The notes: generated by a model not told the origin, from the sequence alone. Positions 46,030 to 56,715 are shown, numbered from the stretch's first letter. The stretch is DNA of 64,000 nt from a virus (IMGVR_UViG_3300033405_000002:51595-115594), one strand, 5' to 3'. Program-made: numbers and translations.

Positions 46030-46441
46030 TGGCGGGGATGCGTTATTTCGTATGCCGCTGTGTGGCTTCACAAATGGAGTAGCCAACTAAACCACGCCAG
46101 CAGCCCGATGACCACCACGGCGGTCACGAACGACAAAACCCAAGTCCACGGGTCGCGGATGCCATACCACAACGGAAGGAAAGCCTGCTTTAGAATTTCT
46201 CTCATATTATGTATTACGTTCCAGCGGGGCAAATCCTGACACGCGAGGCGTGTTTATTTGCTTTCGGCGGGATGCGTCAATTCTTTGGGCTGCTAGGCTC
46301 CGACTTGCCGCCGTTCCAGTGGTGCCACGGCTTGAGAAGCGGTTCAGGACGCTTCCAGTCAGGTCGGAATTTGTTGGGCATCTTGTGCTTCGTCATACGT
46401 CCATTCTACCACGCCGTGCCAAATGGCGGGGATGCGTTATT
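46030..46441. repeat. 18-bp direct repeat TGGCGGGGATGCGTTATT
   Basis: Copies at 46030-46047 and 46424-46441 flank two small ORFs. Confidence 0.7.
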
Positions 46442-46576
46442 CGAGGGTTCCCTTTCTGTCTCAGGATTTATTCACAGTGGAAGGTGATACGGGGACTCGA
46501 CCGAGAATCTCGTTCCTTCTTGCATCCCGGTTTACTCTTTCGTCCACCAGATGGGAGACCACCCGGAACCCTCACT

Positions 46577-48316
46577 CTATGATACTGTGGTTTGAGGCGA
46601 TGACGCGGGGTTATTTGGTGCTACTTCGGTTGGAATGTCCGAGGTCACAACTGGTGACGCTTTAGCGGCGTGGAAGGCTTTTCCAAGTTGGTTCTGAGCA
46701 CCACGCACAGCTTCCAAGACTTCAATAGGCTGGCGAGGATCGAACTCCGACGTGTTGCTGTTGCTCTTCGTCTGTACGAGCACCACGGCAAACTCAGCGA
46801 TAGCGATCTGTGTTCCCTTCTCGCGGAAAAGATCGCTCTCAAAGTCCATGCCAGCGAGTTCTTCCGTATCCAGATTGAGAGTTAGTCTGCACTCATTAGC
46901 GTCCCACGTAGCTCGCGGGAAAGCACTCGTCAAATGTTCGAGGGTGACTTCAATTTTTGCGGTTGAATGGCGTTGTTTTGTCACTTTCTTGACCAGTGTT
47001 GCGGGATCGCCTGAGTCATCCACCACGCCAAGCTGAACCGAGGCTGAACCTGTCCCTGTCCTTTTGCCTCCCCCAACACCATGATCGCCTTTTGACAGAA
47101 TGAAAATATCGCCGTTAGGGGTTTCAGTTATGTTCACGTCTCCATCTTTTGTGAACCGATACGCGGGGGTTTCGTCACCCGGTATGGGATCAGTTGGAGC
47201 CTCGATTCCCGACAATTCGGGAGTGTTGATTCCATTTGGCGTGCTTTTGCGGCGGGGCAACGTGATGTCAAGACCACGCCATGCGTCCGTAAGAACTGAG
47301 GAAAGAGCATCCGCTTGCCGCTGCAACTCTTCCGTGTTCTTGGCGTCGAGAATCTTCTGGTGTTCTTCTTCCAGAATACGAATGAAGGACGCCAAGCAGG
47401 AGTTGATCCACGGCAGCAAAACTCCCACACGTTGGTTATCCCGCTTCAACTGTTGTGACCGTTCTGATGAGTAAGCTGGCACGCCTTCTTCGTCTTCGAT
47501 TTCGAGAAACGGGACATCAACGGAACCATACACTCTGGCAGCTTGAGGACGTGTTGTGAAGTCGCCGAGATAGTTGTCTTCATGCAGGACATTGTTAGCC
47601 ATGATCTGCACGCCTCGCTCTTCTTTTGAAAGTGGTTCTAGAGTGCTGCGGAGAGTCAGCACGGGGTTGCCTATCAGACTAATCAACTCTGCGGGGGGAC
47701 GGTAGGTCTCTTCTCTGTCGAATGTTGGTGCTGTGTAACTGAGACGGTCGCCGTTTACCGTCATAACGTTGTGCCCCAGATCGTTGCGATGTTCACGTCG
47801 CAATGTCTTTTTGATCTGATCGAGGTCAACTTTTCGATCCATTCCACCTAGTAGAATGGAAGTGCCGTTTGGTCTATCGGTAGTCCCTTTCTTCTCATAG
47901 GCGTAATTGGCGTGGTCGTCTCTTGACCACTCAACGACATGGAGAATTCCGTTTTTCACAGACTCGATACGGGCTTTCTTGGCACCGAGGCCCATGATCG
48001 CCTGTTTGCCTCCCAGACCGAATTTTCCGCGACCGGGCTTACCCGCCAGCCGCTCACGATTGGTGCCGTGGCAATGGAAGAATGCTTCAAAGTCGTCTTC
48101 ATCCATGCCGTAGCCATTGTCCGCGATCTCAAGTTTTTTCAGCTTGCCGCCTTTGAAGCCAAGCGTGATTTGCACGAAGGCGGCAACGCTTTTGTCGCGG
48201 TACTGCATAGCATTTTCCGAGAACTCGATTAGTGCCTTCGGAATGCTTGAAAGTTGATCCCCTTCATGCTCCAAAGCGTTTTTGACATCGTAGGTGATCG
48301 GCTTAACGTGCTTCAT
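46577..48316 (-). CDS. GHKL (HSP90/MORC-like) ATPase
   Basis: ALIEFSENA, IADNGYGM, GKFGLGGK, NGT motifs. Confidence 0.85.
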   Translation of the reverse strand: MKHVKPITYDVKNALEHEGDQLSSIPKALIEFSENAMQYRDKSVAAFVQITLGFKGGKLKKLEIADNGYGMDEDDFEAFFHCHGTNRERLAGKPGRGKFGLGGKQAIMGLGAKKARIESVKNGILHVVEWSRDDHANYAYEKKGTTDRPNGTSILLGGMDRKVDLDQIKKTLRREHRNDLGHNVMTVNGDRLSYTAPTFDREETYRPPAELISLIGNPVLTLRSTLEPLSKEERGVQIMANNVLHEDNYLGDFTTRPQAARVYGSVDVPFLEIEDEEGVPAYSSERSQQLKRDNQRVGVLLPWINSCLASFIRILEEEHQKILDAKNTEELQRQADALSSVLTDAWRGLDITLPRRKSTPNGINTPELSGIEAPTDPIPGDETPAYRFTKDGDVNITETPNGDIFILSKGDHGVGGGKRTGTGSASVQLGVVDDSGDPATLVKKVTKQRHSTAKIEVTLEHLTSAFPRATWDANECRLTLNLDTEELAGMDFESDLFREKGTQIAIAEFAVVLVQTKSNSNTSEFDPRQPIEVLEAVRGAQNQLGKAFHAAKASPVVTSDIPTEVAPNNPASSPQTTVS

Positions 48317-48942
48317 TGGGCTTTTCCTTTCGCAACAATTGCGGCGAAACAAGTCCTGTATCGTTCACCATACAGGGAGTCTAACGCTTCGGCGTATTTC
48401 TTCTCGGACGGAGACTCTGCTACCGCACAAAAAATTTTTGCACGCTGGCGTTTATAGATGTCCACAGGAATGTGTGATCGCACAGAGAACAACTCGAAGA
48501 ACGCATTGAGGGACGCTAGGCTGTCATCTAACGCCTGACTCTTGTCAAACTGAACAAACGACGGCTGTTGTCGGATACGCTGCACAATCGTGGCAATGAT
48601 TTTGCTGGCTGAAACCCCCGGACGGACACCGAGAAGTTCATCACGAGATGTCTTCTCGGATTTAGCTTTTGGTTTCTTCTGACCGGGCGTAGGTGTCACA
48701 CGCTGTTCGACAGGAACCCAGATATGGCAACCTTGCTTGCCGCCCGTTTTCCCCTGACGTTTGTTTGTTGTCTTCCGAAGAATCCCTTTATTTCTGAGTT
48801 CTGAAACGCGAGGCGAAATATCACCGACCTGTGCCACACCCATAGCCGCTGCCAACTCCTCGTTTGTGAGATCGTTTGGATAAGCACGCTGGAAGGCTTC
48901 CTCGACCAGTTCGCGGCTGCGTTTGCTGTCAGTCTCAACCAT
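48313..48942 (-). CDS. winged-HTH-like DNA-binding protein
   Basis: LTNEELAAAMG..DISPRVSELRNKG; leaderless start after TGaTATAAT. Confidence 0.6.
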   Translation of the reverse strand: MVETDSKRSRELVEEAFQRAYPNDLTNEELAAAMGVAQVGDISPRVSELRNKGILRKTTNKRQGKTGGKQGCHIWVPVEQRVTPTPGQKKPKAKSEKTSRDELLGVRPGVSASKIIATIVQRIRQQPSFVQFDKSQALDDSLASLNAFFELFSVRSHIPVDIYKRQRAKIFCAVAESPSEKKYAEALDSLYGERYRTCFAAIVAKGKAQ

Positions 48943-49078
48943 GCCAAGCATTATATCACAGATGTCTAGTGCCTAAGTAGTACAATCGTCAGTGGTTACC
49001 TACACGAAAGTGCCGTGGCGAAAGAGTAAAGTTACCTTCGCAAGCCTTTGAAAACAAAAGAATGTCCGGTAATAAGCC

Positions 49079-49477
49079 TTATGTCCGGTCTTTCTCGAAG
49101 GCGACGGTGAGCAGGTCTCTGATCTCGTCGTTGGAGACGACCTCAACTGGGTCTCCCCAAAATCCCGGCTGGCTAAAAGCCACGGGCTGCTTCGTCTTGG
49201 CGTCGCGGTATTCCGTGTAGATTTTCCCGCGCTGGTTTCTCCGAAGCCGCCGCCCAACAGTGACGTTCTTGCCCGTTAATGCGGTCGCGATGTCAAGAGC
49301 GATGTCGTCGATGAGTTCATCCACCTTCTCGTGGGTTTTCCTAGAGAGGTGGAATGGAGCCTGCTGTACGGCGTTCAACCCGTCAATTGCCCGGTCAAGC
49401 AGCGTGTGTAGCAGCTTGACGCGAGCCGTGCTGTACTCTCCGTTTCCTAGAAACAGTCCACTGTCAAAGTACCGCAT
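49079..49477 (-). CDS. hypothetical protein
   Basis: AAGGA SD before MRYFDSG. Confidence 0.65.
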   Translation of the reverse strand: MRYFDSGLFLGNGEYSTARVKLLHTLLDRAIDGLNAVQQAPFHLSRKTHEKVDELIDDIALDIATALTGKNVTVGRRLRRNQRGKIYTEYRDAKTKQPVAFSQPGFWGDPVEVVSNDEIRDLLTVAFEKDRT

Positions 49478-49730
49478 GGTCGTCCTTGTTGACTTGTGCC
49501 GCCAGAAACGGAAAATTGGTTTCAAGCTGGTCGAAGGCGTCCTTCCAATGTCCACCGCGCTTGTAGTTCGCGCCGCGAAGAGCTTCGTAGGAAAACCGCA
49601 ATGTACCAGTCCAATCGGTCGCGTCACAAGTGCCACACGTCACGCAGACGAGAACTTCTTGACCGGGCCACGACTCACCGAGTCGGTACCAGTCATGCCG
49701 ATGCGTCGCTTTTTTGAGCCAGCCAAACAT
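49464..49730 (-). CDS. hypothetical protein
   Basis: 88 aa; tiling. Confidence 0.55.
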   Translation of the reverse strand: MFGWLKKATHRHDWYRLGESWPGQEVLVCVTCGTCDATDWTGTLRFSYEALRGANYKRGGHWKDAFDQLETNFPFLAAQVNKDDHAVL

Positions 49731-49970
49731 AGAATCCTTCCTTCAGGTTCCTGAGATTCTTGATCTTGGTGAGATTCTTGGTGATGGTCTCCGTCGAATC
49801 CAGAACATACTGTCTGACTTCTTCAGGGTCGCCCTTCGCCACTTCCGACCGACTCTTGCCGCAGATAGAGCACTTGTGCCAGTTGGAGACACAATCGTTA
49901 TCACACTGTTGCTCGTCGTCGTTTGGTGGGAGCACGGAAAAATCGTGTTCGTGTTTTTTGTATGCCATTG

Positions 49971-50393
49971 CTACCTCAAGCATTTCTGCACATCATACGC
50001 CTGCACAAGCGTAATCGCGTGCGGCGGGATATTCTCTGTTACCACAACAGCGGGAACGCCATAATGGTAATGCCACTGCCCCAGCCTGCCGTCATGCAGG
50101 ATTTCGACGTCGGCCCCATATTGGCGCAGCAGGTCAGTTTCATTATACTCTACTCCCAGCTTGACAACTCGCGTGCTGTTCTTGGTCATCAACTGCCAAA
50201 GGATGGAACCTACATGCTCGTCCCCGGTCAGGTCTTGTTTCCATATCCAGATGCCGTAGATGCCATCTGGGAAAAATGGGTCAAGCTCCGGCTTCCGAAT
50301 ACGGTATCGGGTCAAACCTTCAACCTTGATCCGCTCGTAGTTCTCCGCGCTGGTGTAGTGGTAGCCGATCATTCGGGGGTGGAGCAGAAGCAA
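49971..50393 (-). CDS. hypothetical protein
   Basis: YHYTS..N..RI..EGL N-terminal motif, faintly ADP-ribosyltransferase-fold-like. Confidence 0.55.
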   Translation of the reverse strand: MLLLHPRMIGYHYTSAENYERIKVEGLTRYRIRKPELDPFFPDGIYGIWIWKQDLTGDEHVGSILWQLMTKNSTRVVKLGVEYNETDLLRQYGADVEILHDGRLGQWHYHYGVPAVVVTENIPPHAITLVQAYDVQKCLR

Positions 50394-50614
50394 GGATAGT
50401 CGCCGCCGTGAGAATGGTGATGATGACGATGCGGCTCACGCGGCGGGCATTCGAGTTCTTCGAGTTCCGCAACAATATCTTCGCCGGGAGCTTCGGGGAA
50501 GGCCAGCAAACAGCCCGCAAGAGACGCGGTGCTCATTCGCTCAAGGTGTTCATACCCTTGATCGTCCGTTACCTGCACGATAGCTTCTTCCCCTTCGATC
50601 CTGACCAGCCGCAT
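50369..50614 (-). CDS. small His-rich protein
   Basis: TAATG coupling to recA; HRHHHHSH. Confidence 0.55.
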   Translation of the reverse strand: MRLVRIEGEEAIVQVTDDQGYEHLERMSTASLAGCLLAFPEAPGEDIVAELEELECPPREPHRHHHHSHGGDYPCFCSTPE

Positions 50615-51891
50615 TACTCGTCGTCCTCAGTGATGAGATTCTTGCCTACCGCTCCTAACTCGTCATCACCTTCAACCATGGCGAGTTCTTCGGCGGTAAT
50701 CACGGTGCTGTGGCGTCCGCTCTGATCGTGCTTGATCGCTTCGGCAACCAGCGCACGCAGCTTGGCATGAACTTCAGGGTTTTGCTTGATGACCAAATCT
50801 TCCACAGCGGCGTCTTTGTTCGGGTAAGCGATGATGGCTTCTTCGGCGGACTTGCCGACATACCACTTCGCGCCCTTGTTCTGGACGAAACCGTAGTCAC
50901 GTGCGAGTTCACGCACGCTCATGTTGTCATCAATACCGGGGTGCGGGTGCGTCGCGGGACGAACCCAGATGTAGCCTTCGCGGAATCCGGCACCAGTGAC
51001 CTTGTTCTTGAGCGTGCGGACACGGATGCGGTTGACACAAGGCTTGCCTTCAGTCTCCGGCGTCATCGGTTCAATGACGAACGGGTCTTTTTCCGGGGTG
51101 TTCCCCGGCTTGCCGTCAAACGGCTTGCACGCCTTGTCCATTCGCATTTCAATCATGACGGACGGGGTGAAACGGGAAATGCGTCCACCGGGAAGCACGT
51201 AGGTCTTGTTGGTGTAAGAATAGTCGTTGGCGTATTTGGCTTCGTTGCTGTCGTCAATACGTGCGCGGGTCTGGTTGACCATCAGCATGTGCGCGTCAGC
51301 ACGCTTCATGTACGGGTGTAGAGTCAAGAAGAACTTGCCCATTGCCTGCGCCTGCTTGCCGTAATTGGCTTTGAACGCCTTGCCACTCATGATGTCCTTC
51401 TCGTCCACCATACCGTTGATGTACGGGATGGAATCGTAGATGAAGAAGCGGCAACCTTGGTGAATCAGTCTGATCGTTTCCTGCACGCTGTCTTCCATGC
51501 AGTCCGGCTGAATGAGCTTTACCATGTCCAGATCGCAACCGATCTTTTCGAGGTAAGATGGTGTGCTGGTGCCTTCAAAGTCGAAGACTCCCAGCGGCTC
51601 GCCTGTATATTCTTGATAATTCTTGGCGATCTGATACGTGAGCGTTGACTTGCCGACGCCTTCATCGCCGTGGACTTGACTGACGCGACCGTGACGGCTG
51701 ATGCCGCCGAGACCAAGCACGTAGTCAAACGTGATGAGGCCATACGGGATCAGTTCATCTGTCCAGTCTTTCGTGAGAACTTGATAATCGGGCTTTTCTG
51801 CTTTGCGTGCCTTGAGGAATAATTCGCGGCGCTGTTCAACGGTTAAATTGCGGGTGTCCACCGGGGCAGACTTCTGGGTATTCTTCGCCAT
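50614..51891 (-). CDS. recA: RecA/UvsX-like recombinase
   Basis: LGLGG..GR, Walker A GDEGVGKST, FDFE, YDS, VNQTR, PGG, KNKV. Confidence 0.9.
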   Translation of the reverse strand: MAKNTQKSAPVDTRNLTVEQRRELFLKARKAEKPDYQVLTKDWTDELIPYGLITFDYVLGLGGISRHGRVSQVHGDEGVGKSTLTYQIAKNYQEYTGEPLGVFDFEGTSTPSYLEKIGCDLDMVKLIQPDCMEDSVQETIRLIHQGCRFFIYDSIPYINGMVDEKDIMSGKAFKANYGKQAQAMGKFFLTLHPYMKRADAHMLMVNQTRARIDDSNEAKYANDYSYTNKTYVLPGGRISRFTPSVMIEMRMDKACKPFDGKPGNTPEKDPFVIEPMTPETEGKPCVNRIRVRTLKNKVTGAGFREGYIWVRPATHPHPGIDDNMSVRELARDYGFVQNKGAKWYVGKSAEEAIIAYPNKDAAVEDLVIKQNPEVHAKLRALVAEAIKHDQSGRHSTVITAEELAMVEGDDELGAVGKNLITEDDE

Positions 51892-51907
51892 TTGGTTCGA
51901 TCCTCCA

Positions 51908-52849
51908 TTAGATCGAAAAGTTCGTGCGGCTCAAGCTCTTTTTAGGGTTCGAAGCGTCCTTGACGCAGACCACATAGCTTTTGCGCGTGTACCTATACCA
52001 ATACTCAATTCGATGCAAAAGCCCTTTGGTCACAGTGTGCTGATTGCGGCCTGAGCCTTTGACTTCCTGAGTAGCGTTACATAAAGAGTTTAGATAGTTG
52101 TCCGGTATTTCACTGGCGGCACCCAGCAAAATAGACGAAACGTGACGGCCCATCATTGCCAGCAGCACGGCGTCGCACGCGTCCGAGTCAAGCTCCGGGA
52201 AGCGGCTCTTGTCAATGAAATCATAGGCTCGCAGGATGTTTTCGCTTTTGTTCTGAGCGCCTTTCTTGGTCAGGTGCATCAATGAGCGCAACGTACTGGC
52301 GTTTGTTGTGAGAATGTGAATCTCGCCAAACATTTCTTCCAGCGCACCGTCTTCGAAAAAGATCAGGTGGATGATGCGGTTCAACGCCACGAGATAGTCG
52401 TTCATCGGCGTCGGGAACTCCATGCTGATGATGAGTCCCACGTCGGACTTGCAGCACTCCGGCGTAGAGCAGACATGGAAGTCACCCTTTTCACTTCTCT
52501 TTGATGTGTTGAGCGTCTTGACCAACTCGCGCAAGTAGATCGCCATTGCCTTACCGCGAATCCAGAGCGTGTTGCGCGGGTGCAGCCCGCTGTCTTCAAT
52601 CTTCTCAGGCTTGACAGAGCCAGCCGCCAACCAAATAGCGTGCGTCCCCATACCCGTCTTGACTTCGGACGGTTCGTAATGGCTTCTGTCTGGGATGTCT
52701 GCGTAAGGTTGCGGCCGCACGTCCAGCACAGCAAACCCTGTGCGCGTCATAGACGGATCGAGGCCGAGCACGATCCAGCGCTTGATGTGCGCGTTAGGTT
52801 CGGGGATTGAGAGCGGTGGTGGAGTCTTAGCTTTTTTAGCAGCAGCCAT
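51908..52849 (-). CDS. RuvC-like Holliday junction resolvase
   Basis: VLGLDPSMTRTGFAVL, ISME, K, DACDAVLLA. Confidence 0.75.
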   Translation of the reverse strand: MAAAKKAKTPPPLSIPEPNAHIKRWIVLGLDPSMTRTGFAVLDVRPQPYADIPDRSHYEPSEVKTGMGTHAIWLAAGSVKPEKIEDSGLHPRNTLWIRGKAMAIYLRELVKTLNTSKRSEKGDFHVCSTPECCKSDVGLIISMEFPTPMNDYLVALNRIIHLIFFEDGALEEMFGEIHILTTNASTLRSLMHLTKKGAQNKSENILRAYDFIDKSRFPELDSDACDAVLLAMMGRHVSSILLGAASEIPDNYLNSLCNATQEVKGSGRNQHTVTKGLLHRIEYWYRYTRKSYVVCVKDASNPKKSLSRTNFSI

Positions 52850-53067
52850 GCTGCTTAATACGGTGATTTAATTGAAGTGGGGAATCAAAGTGATGGCGAT
52901 GGTAACTTGTATGACGAGCATCCACACCAGCATGGCGATGAAGAACGCCGTAGCGCCCCACCATTTCTTGTGGATCGAGAAACCCATTGCTCCAGCGAAC
53001 AGCGAGAATAGTAAGAGGGGCGTCATGTCAATGGTCTGAGAAGACGCCTTATTCCCCTAATAGTCCC

Positions 53068-53796
53068 TTATGGTTGCGGTGCGGCTTCGGTCTTCGCCAT
53101 ACGATGCACGAGGGGCCCTATCGGGAGTGCCACGGCTTCATGACCGAAATCTGTTGCGATAACACCCACGATGATGCCACAGATGGCTTTCTGATTCACA
53201 CAGTACAGTGCTGAACCGCTGGAAGCGGGGTTAATTCCGGGCATCTGAAGCAGGATCGCACCAGTCCAGCTTGCCCTGATCTCATGCGTCTTTTCGTCAC
53301 GCATGTACATTGCACGGTCAACCTTCGGGTTCGAGATATTGCCTTGGAACGTTTGCTTTCCCATCCCAAGAGGCGCAGAGACCGCAATCACTGGCTCGCC
53401 AAGAACATCCTTGGGATCAACCCCGAGGCTCAAGGTTGGAATCTTCTTGCCCATGGTAACCCACAGCAGGGCGTAGTCAAAGCCTTCTTCCGGGTGACCG
53501 CGAAGCGCGTCATCAATCGGGTACATCACGACGGGGTTTTCCTCGAAGGACACGTAGTAGCTGCCTTCCTTATCCAAACAGTGCGCGGCGGTGCTGAACA
53601 TGTAGCCGCCTTTGACCTCCGCCATGGCCCACGCTGTGCAAATCGGCATGAACGCGGATGTGTCTTCATCCTGTTGATAAAGGACGACTGTAGCGCCGTA
53701 AAGATCGGCCACAGAGTTCGTTTTTGCTGGCGTTTTGGTTTGTCCGAAGGCTATCCCGGCGAGTAAGAGCAGAGCGGTGAGCAGGCGTTTAAGCAT
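53068..53796 (-). CDS. secreted trypsin-like serine protease
   Basis: Signal peptide; TAAHC, DYALL, PASSGSAL. Confidence 0.8.
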   Translation of the reverse strand: MLKRLLTALLLLAGIAFGQTKTPAKTNSVADLYGATVVLYQQDEDTSAFMPICTAWAMAEVKGGYMFSTAAHCLDKEGSYYVSFEENPVVMYPIDDALRGHPEEGFDYALLWVTMGKKIPTLSLGVDPKDVLGEPVIAVSAPLGMGKQTFQGNISNPKVDRAMYMRDEKTHEIRASWTGAILLQMPGINPASSGSALYCVNQKAICGIIVGVIATDFGHEAVALPIGPLVHRMAKTEAAPQP

Positions 53797-53933
53797 CAAT
53801 CCCCCACTGTGACGTGGATCACGAGAGTATGTGATTCACATTGTGCATGATTCACGATACTACTTTTGGGAAAGCATAGCTAGTTTTTTCATCATTGTCG
53901 CAAATCATTTATCTGATGGGGCTTATCAGTTTC

Positions 53934-54671
53934 TTAAATGACTTCGATCTGGAAACCAGCTTGCTTAGCGGATTCTCGCTCTTGATCGAGCTTGCACGCC
54001 TTGATGGACATTGACCAATATTTGAACCTGCCACGGGTGCCATCGGCGTTCGTTTCATACTGCGCGTGGTAGCCGCGATTCCGCGCTAAGTCCTTTTGGT
54101 CAAAGGACACAATTGCTTTGACAGTGATCGTGGGACTCTTCGCCAACTCCATCACCTTGTCGATGTCGTAGCGGTCAAGAATCTTCAACATCGTCATCAC
54201 GTCAAACATGGCGCGGTGCGGGAACGGGTTCAGGAATGAGTGATCGGCCGCCATGTAGGTCAACCGCGTGCTGTTGCGTTCGGGGATTTCGATGTCAGTC
54301 TTGGTGTCGATCCAGACCTTGGACGGCTGGGAGTCCAGCCCATGCTTGGCCGCCCATGCGTCCAGCACCGGACGGTCAAAGACGGTTCCGTTGTGCGCAC
54401 AGGCTACGTCTGCGCTGCTATACCATGAGAGAACGTAGCGCAGAGCCTTGTCTTCCGCCATGCCGTAGTTGGCACAGAGTTCAGGTGTGAGGTTATTGAT
54501 CTTGCTGACGCCGGGTTCCCAGATAGCGCTTGCGCCGGGGTCAACGATGGTGCCGAACAACTTGATCGGTGCCTTCAACGTTGTGTCCCAGACAACCATC
54601 CCCACTTCGGTCACGCCGATGGTGGGAATGTTCAAGCCCGTAGTTTCAAAGTCCAAACCCAGAATGAGCAC
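53934..54671 (-). CDS. DEDDh 3'-5' exonuclease (DnaQ-like)
   Basis: LDFETTGL, AHNGTVFD, HRAMFDV. Confidence 0.92.
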   Translation of the reverse strand: MLILGLDFETTGLNIPTIGVTEVGMVVWDTTLKAPIKLFGTIVDPGASAIWEPGVSKINNLTPELCANYGMAEDKALRYVLSWYSSADVACAHNGTVFDRPVLDAWAAKHGLDSQPSKVWIDTKTDIEIPERNSTRLTYMAADHSFLNPFPHRAMFDVMTMLKILDRYDIDKVMELAKSPTITVKAIVSFDQKDLARNRGYHAQYETNADGTRGRFKYWSMSIKACKLDQERESAKQAGFQIEVI

Positions 54672-54959
54672 TTAGTCTCCACTTGACGCAGCACTTCTGA
54701 AGCGGACGCCGCAATAAATCATGCCACGGATAAAGATCGCCGCCAGCTTGCGCAGGCTTGGCAAACAGGCTTCTGTTCCAGCGTTGTCCGCCCATGCGTC
54801 TTCACCACGGCGCAGGTAGACGCGGCCCAGAGCGAAAAACCCAGCAGGCTCTTTGGCTTCGTCATCGGTGCGGCGAGGCAGGTTGTTCTGGTATTCGATC
54901 TCAGACCAAACCGCGTCGCACGCCTTGTCAAAATCTTCTCGTGTAACAAATCGCGACAT
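54672..54959 (-). CDS. small helical protein, possibly MazG-like
   Basis: SEIEYQ...LRKLAAIFIRGM. Confidence 0.5.
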   Translation of the reverse strand: MSRFVTREDFDKACDAVWSEIEYQNNLPRRTDDEAKEPAGFFALGRVYLRRGEDAWADNAGTEACLPSLRKLAAIFIRGMIYCGVRFRSAASSGD

Positions 54960-54964
54960 AGTTC

Positions 54965-55201
54965 TCAGCTTTCGGGATCAATCTCTTCGAGAGCGCGTAC
55001 CGCAATCGCGGCAATCTTCTTAAAGCGATCCTGCAAAGCATCACGCTTTGCGTTGTACCACTCGTCCTCAAGCTTTTTCATCTGCCCTTGCAGAACGAGG
55101 ACATGAGGGGCGCTGCGTTTGTACTGCGAACGGTCAGACCAGTTTTTGTCCTGCTCTGACCGTTCCTGATTGATTAGCTCGAAAATCTCTGCGCGGGTCA
55201 C
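54965..55201 (-). CDS. small helical protein similar to neighbour
   Basis: GTG start coupled to upstream stop; QERSEQD...KKIAAIAVRALE. Confidence 0.5.
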   Translation of the reverse strand: MTRAEIFELINQERSEQDKNWSDRSQYKRSAPHVLVLQGQMKKLEDEWYNAKRDALQDRFKKIAAIAVRALEEIDPES

Positions 55202-56124
55202 AGTTCCTCGATGTTGTCGATCTTGGACTCTGCGCCAACCTTCTTGCCGGAGAGCAGTGCCTTCCACTCAGTCTCGTTCATCTTCTGACCGAGCTTCGAG
55301 CGAAGAATCTTGCCGCCGTCGTTGATGAAGCGCGATGCCGCAGCCTTGACCTGAGCGATTGTCTCCGCATCCTGCTTCCAGCGTGGGGAAGTGGACTTGC
55401 GGTAGAATTCGTAGCCGAAGGCGCGATCCGCGTTGACCATGACCATATCAATGTCGAACGGAGTCTTGTCTTCGTCCGGCAGCTTCTTGATCTGCTTCAT
55501 GTTGAACGGGGAGAGGCGCACAAAGCCGATCTTCCACTTGATCGGCGGAACGTTGCCGTTGGCATCCTTCTTGTAGGAGCCATCGGTTGGGTCTGCGTTC
55601 AGGTAGTGAACAGCCAGTGCAACGACCTGCACCGAGCCATCCTTGCCCAGCGCTTGGCAACAATACTTCTGTTCCACATCGTTCCCCATCGGGGTCAAGC
55701 AGCGTCCGCAAACCTTCTTCAGCTTGCCGTCGCTACCAGTGATCTCCGTGTAGTGGTTCTTTGCGCTCTGGGGAGCGATCCACTCTTTCGGCAAGAGTGC
55801 GAAGCGGCAGGCTTCGCGGCCCTTATCCGGGCGGATGATGTCCAACTGACCCGGACGGTCGTAAATCTTCTCATCATCGAAATCTGTGTCAAGCCCTTCG
55901 TCGGCGTCGTCATGTGCCGATGGCGTTGGCTCGTCTTCGTCGGCGGAAACGGCCGCCTTCGTTGCGGCAGCGGTGTGATGCGTTGCTGCGTGCGTTTGCG
56001 CTGCGGGCTGCGCAGCCTGTTGCTGTGGCTTCGGCTGGGCCGCTGGCGTTGCCTGAGCGGTTGTTGCCGTGGTGGTTGCTGCTGGAATAGATTCGAATTC
56101 GTCGTCAAACGTTTGCATTGCCAT
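55198..56124 (-). CDS. putative ssDNA-binding protein (gp32-like)
   Basis: Low-complexity acidic N-terminus; H..C..CC putative Zn site; replication-gene context. Confidence 0.5.
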   Translation of the reverse strand: MAMQTFDDEFESIPAATTTATTAQATPAAQPKPQQQAAQPAAQTHAATHHTAAATKAAVSADEDEPTPSAHDDADEGLDTDFDDEKIYDRPGQLDIIRPDKGREACRFALLPKEWIAPQSAKNHYTEITGSDGKLKKVCGRCLTPMGNDVEQKYCCQALGKDGSVQVVALAVHYLNADPTDGSYKKDANGNVPPIKWKIGFVRLSPFNMKQIKKLPDEDKTPFDIDMVMVNADRAFGYEFYRKSTSPRWKQDAETIAQVKAAASRFINDGGKILRSKLGQKMNETEWKALLSGKKVGAESKIDNIEEL

Positions 56125-56301
56125 TACTTTTTCTCCTCTTGGTAAACAACCATATCGAAATTCAAAGCCTTCAGATTCGCCGCGATTGTTTCCTCGATGT
56201 TTCTCAATACTGAATTGTTGCGTAATTCTTGAGATTTCTTGTGCGCGATAGCGATGTTATTTAGCGTCTTACCGGAATCATCAATGGGGTTACCACGCAT
56301 G

Positions 56302-56628
56302 TTAAAGCTTGTCTGGGGCAACTTCATTTTGTCGTAGCTTCCCCAAAGCAACAAACTTGACCTTACGTTTGGCACTTGTCATCTTCGTCTCACCCGTGAA
56401 AGGGATGCGGCGAAATATGCCCGGTTTGTGGCGAACCGTGAATTTTCCAAATGAGTTCAGCTTAAGCGAGAACTTGTCCTTGTCGAGATTGTGTAGAAGG
56501 GTCTCTTCAAGAGACGAGATCACCGTGTCGATGATGTGCTCAGCTTCTTTCTTGGTAGACAATTCGAGCGCGGATTGGACTCGTTGAGTCAACTCGTCGC
56601 GACCTGCCTTTGATTTCCCTGTGGACAT
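56302..56628 (-). CDS. HU/IHF-family DNA-binding protein
   Basis: TKKEAE, SFGKFTVR, RIPFTGE, KVKF. Confidence 0.9.
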   Translation of the reverse strand: MSTGKSKAGRDELTQRVQSALELSTKKEAEHIIDTVISSLEETLLHNLDKDKFSLKLNSFGKFTVRHKPGIFRRIPFTGETKMTSAKRKVKFVALGKLRQNEVAPDKL

Positions 56629-56681
56629 AGATGGTGTTCCCTCTGCTCTGATCTAATACTGGTTTGGGCAGAAATACAGGG

Positions 56682-56715
56682 AAAAAGAAAAGCCCCGGCA
56701 TTTCGCCGGGGCTTC
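56682..56715 (-). terminator. intrinsic terminator
   Basis: AAGCCCCGGC-GAAAT-GCCGGGGCTT then TTCTTTTT; similar to 4805-4835. Confidence 0.85.
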
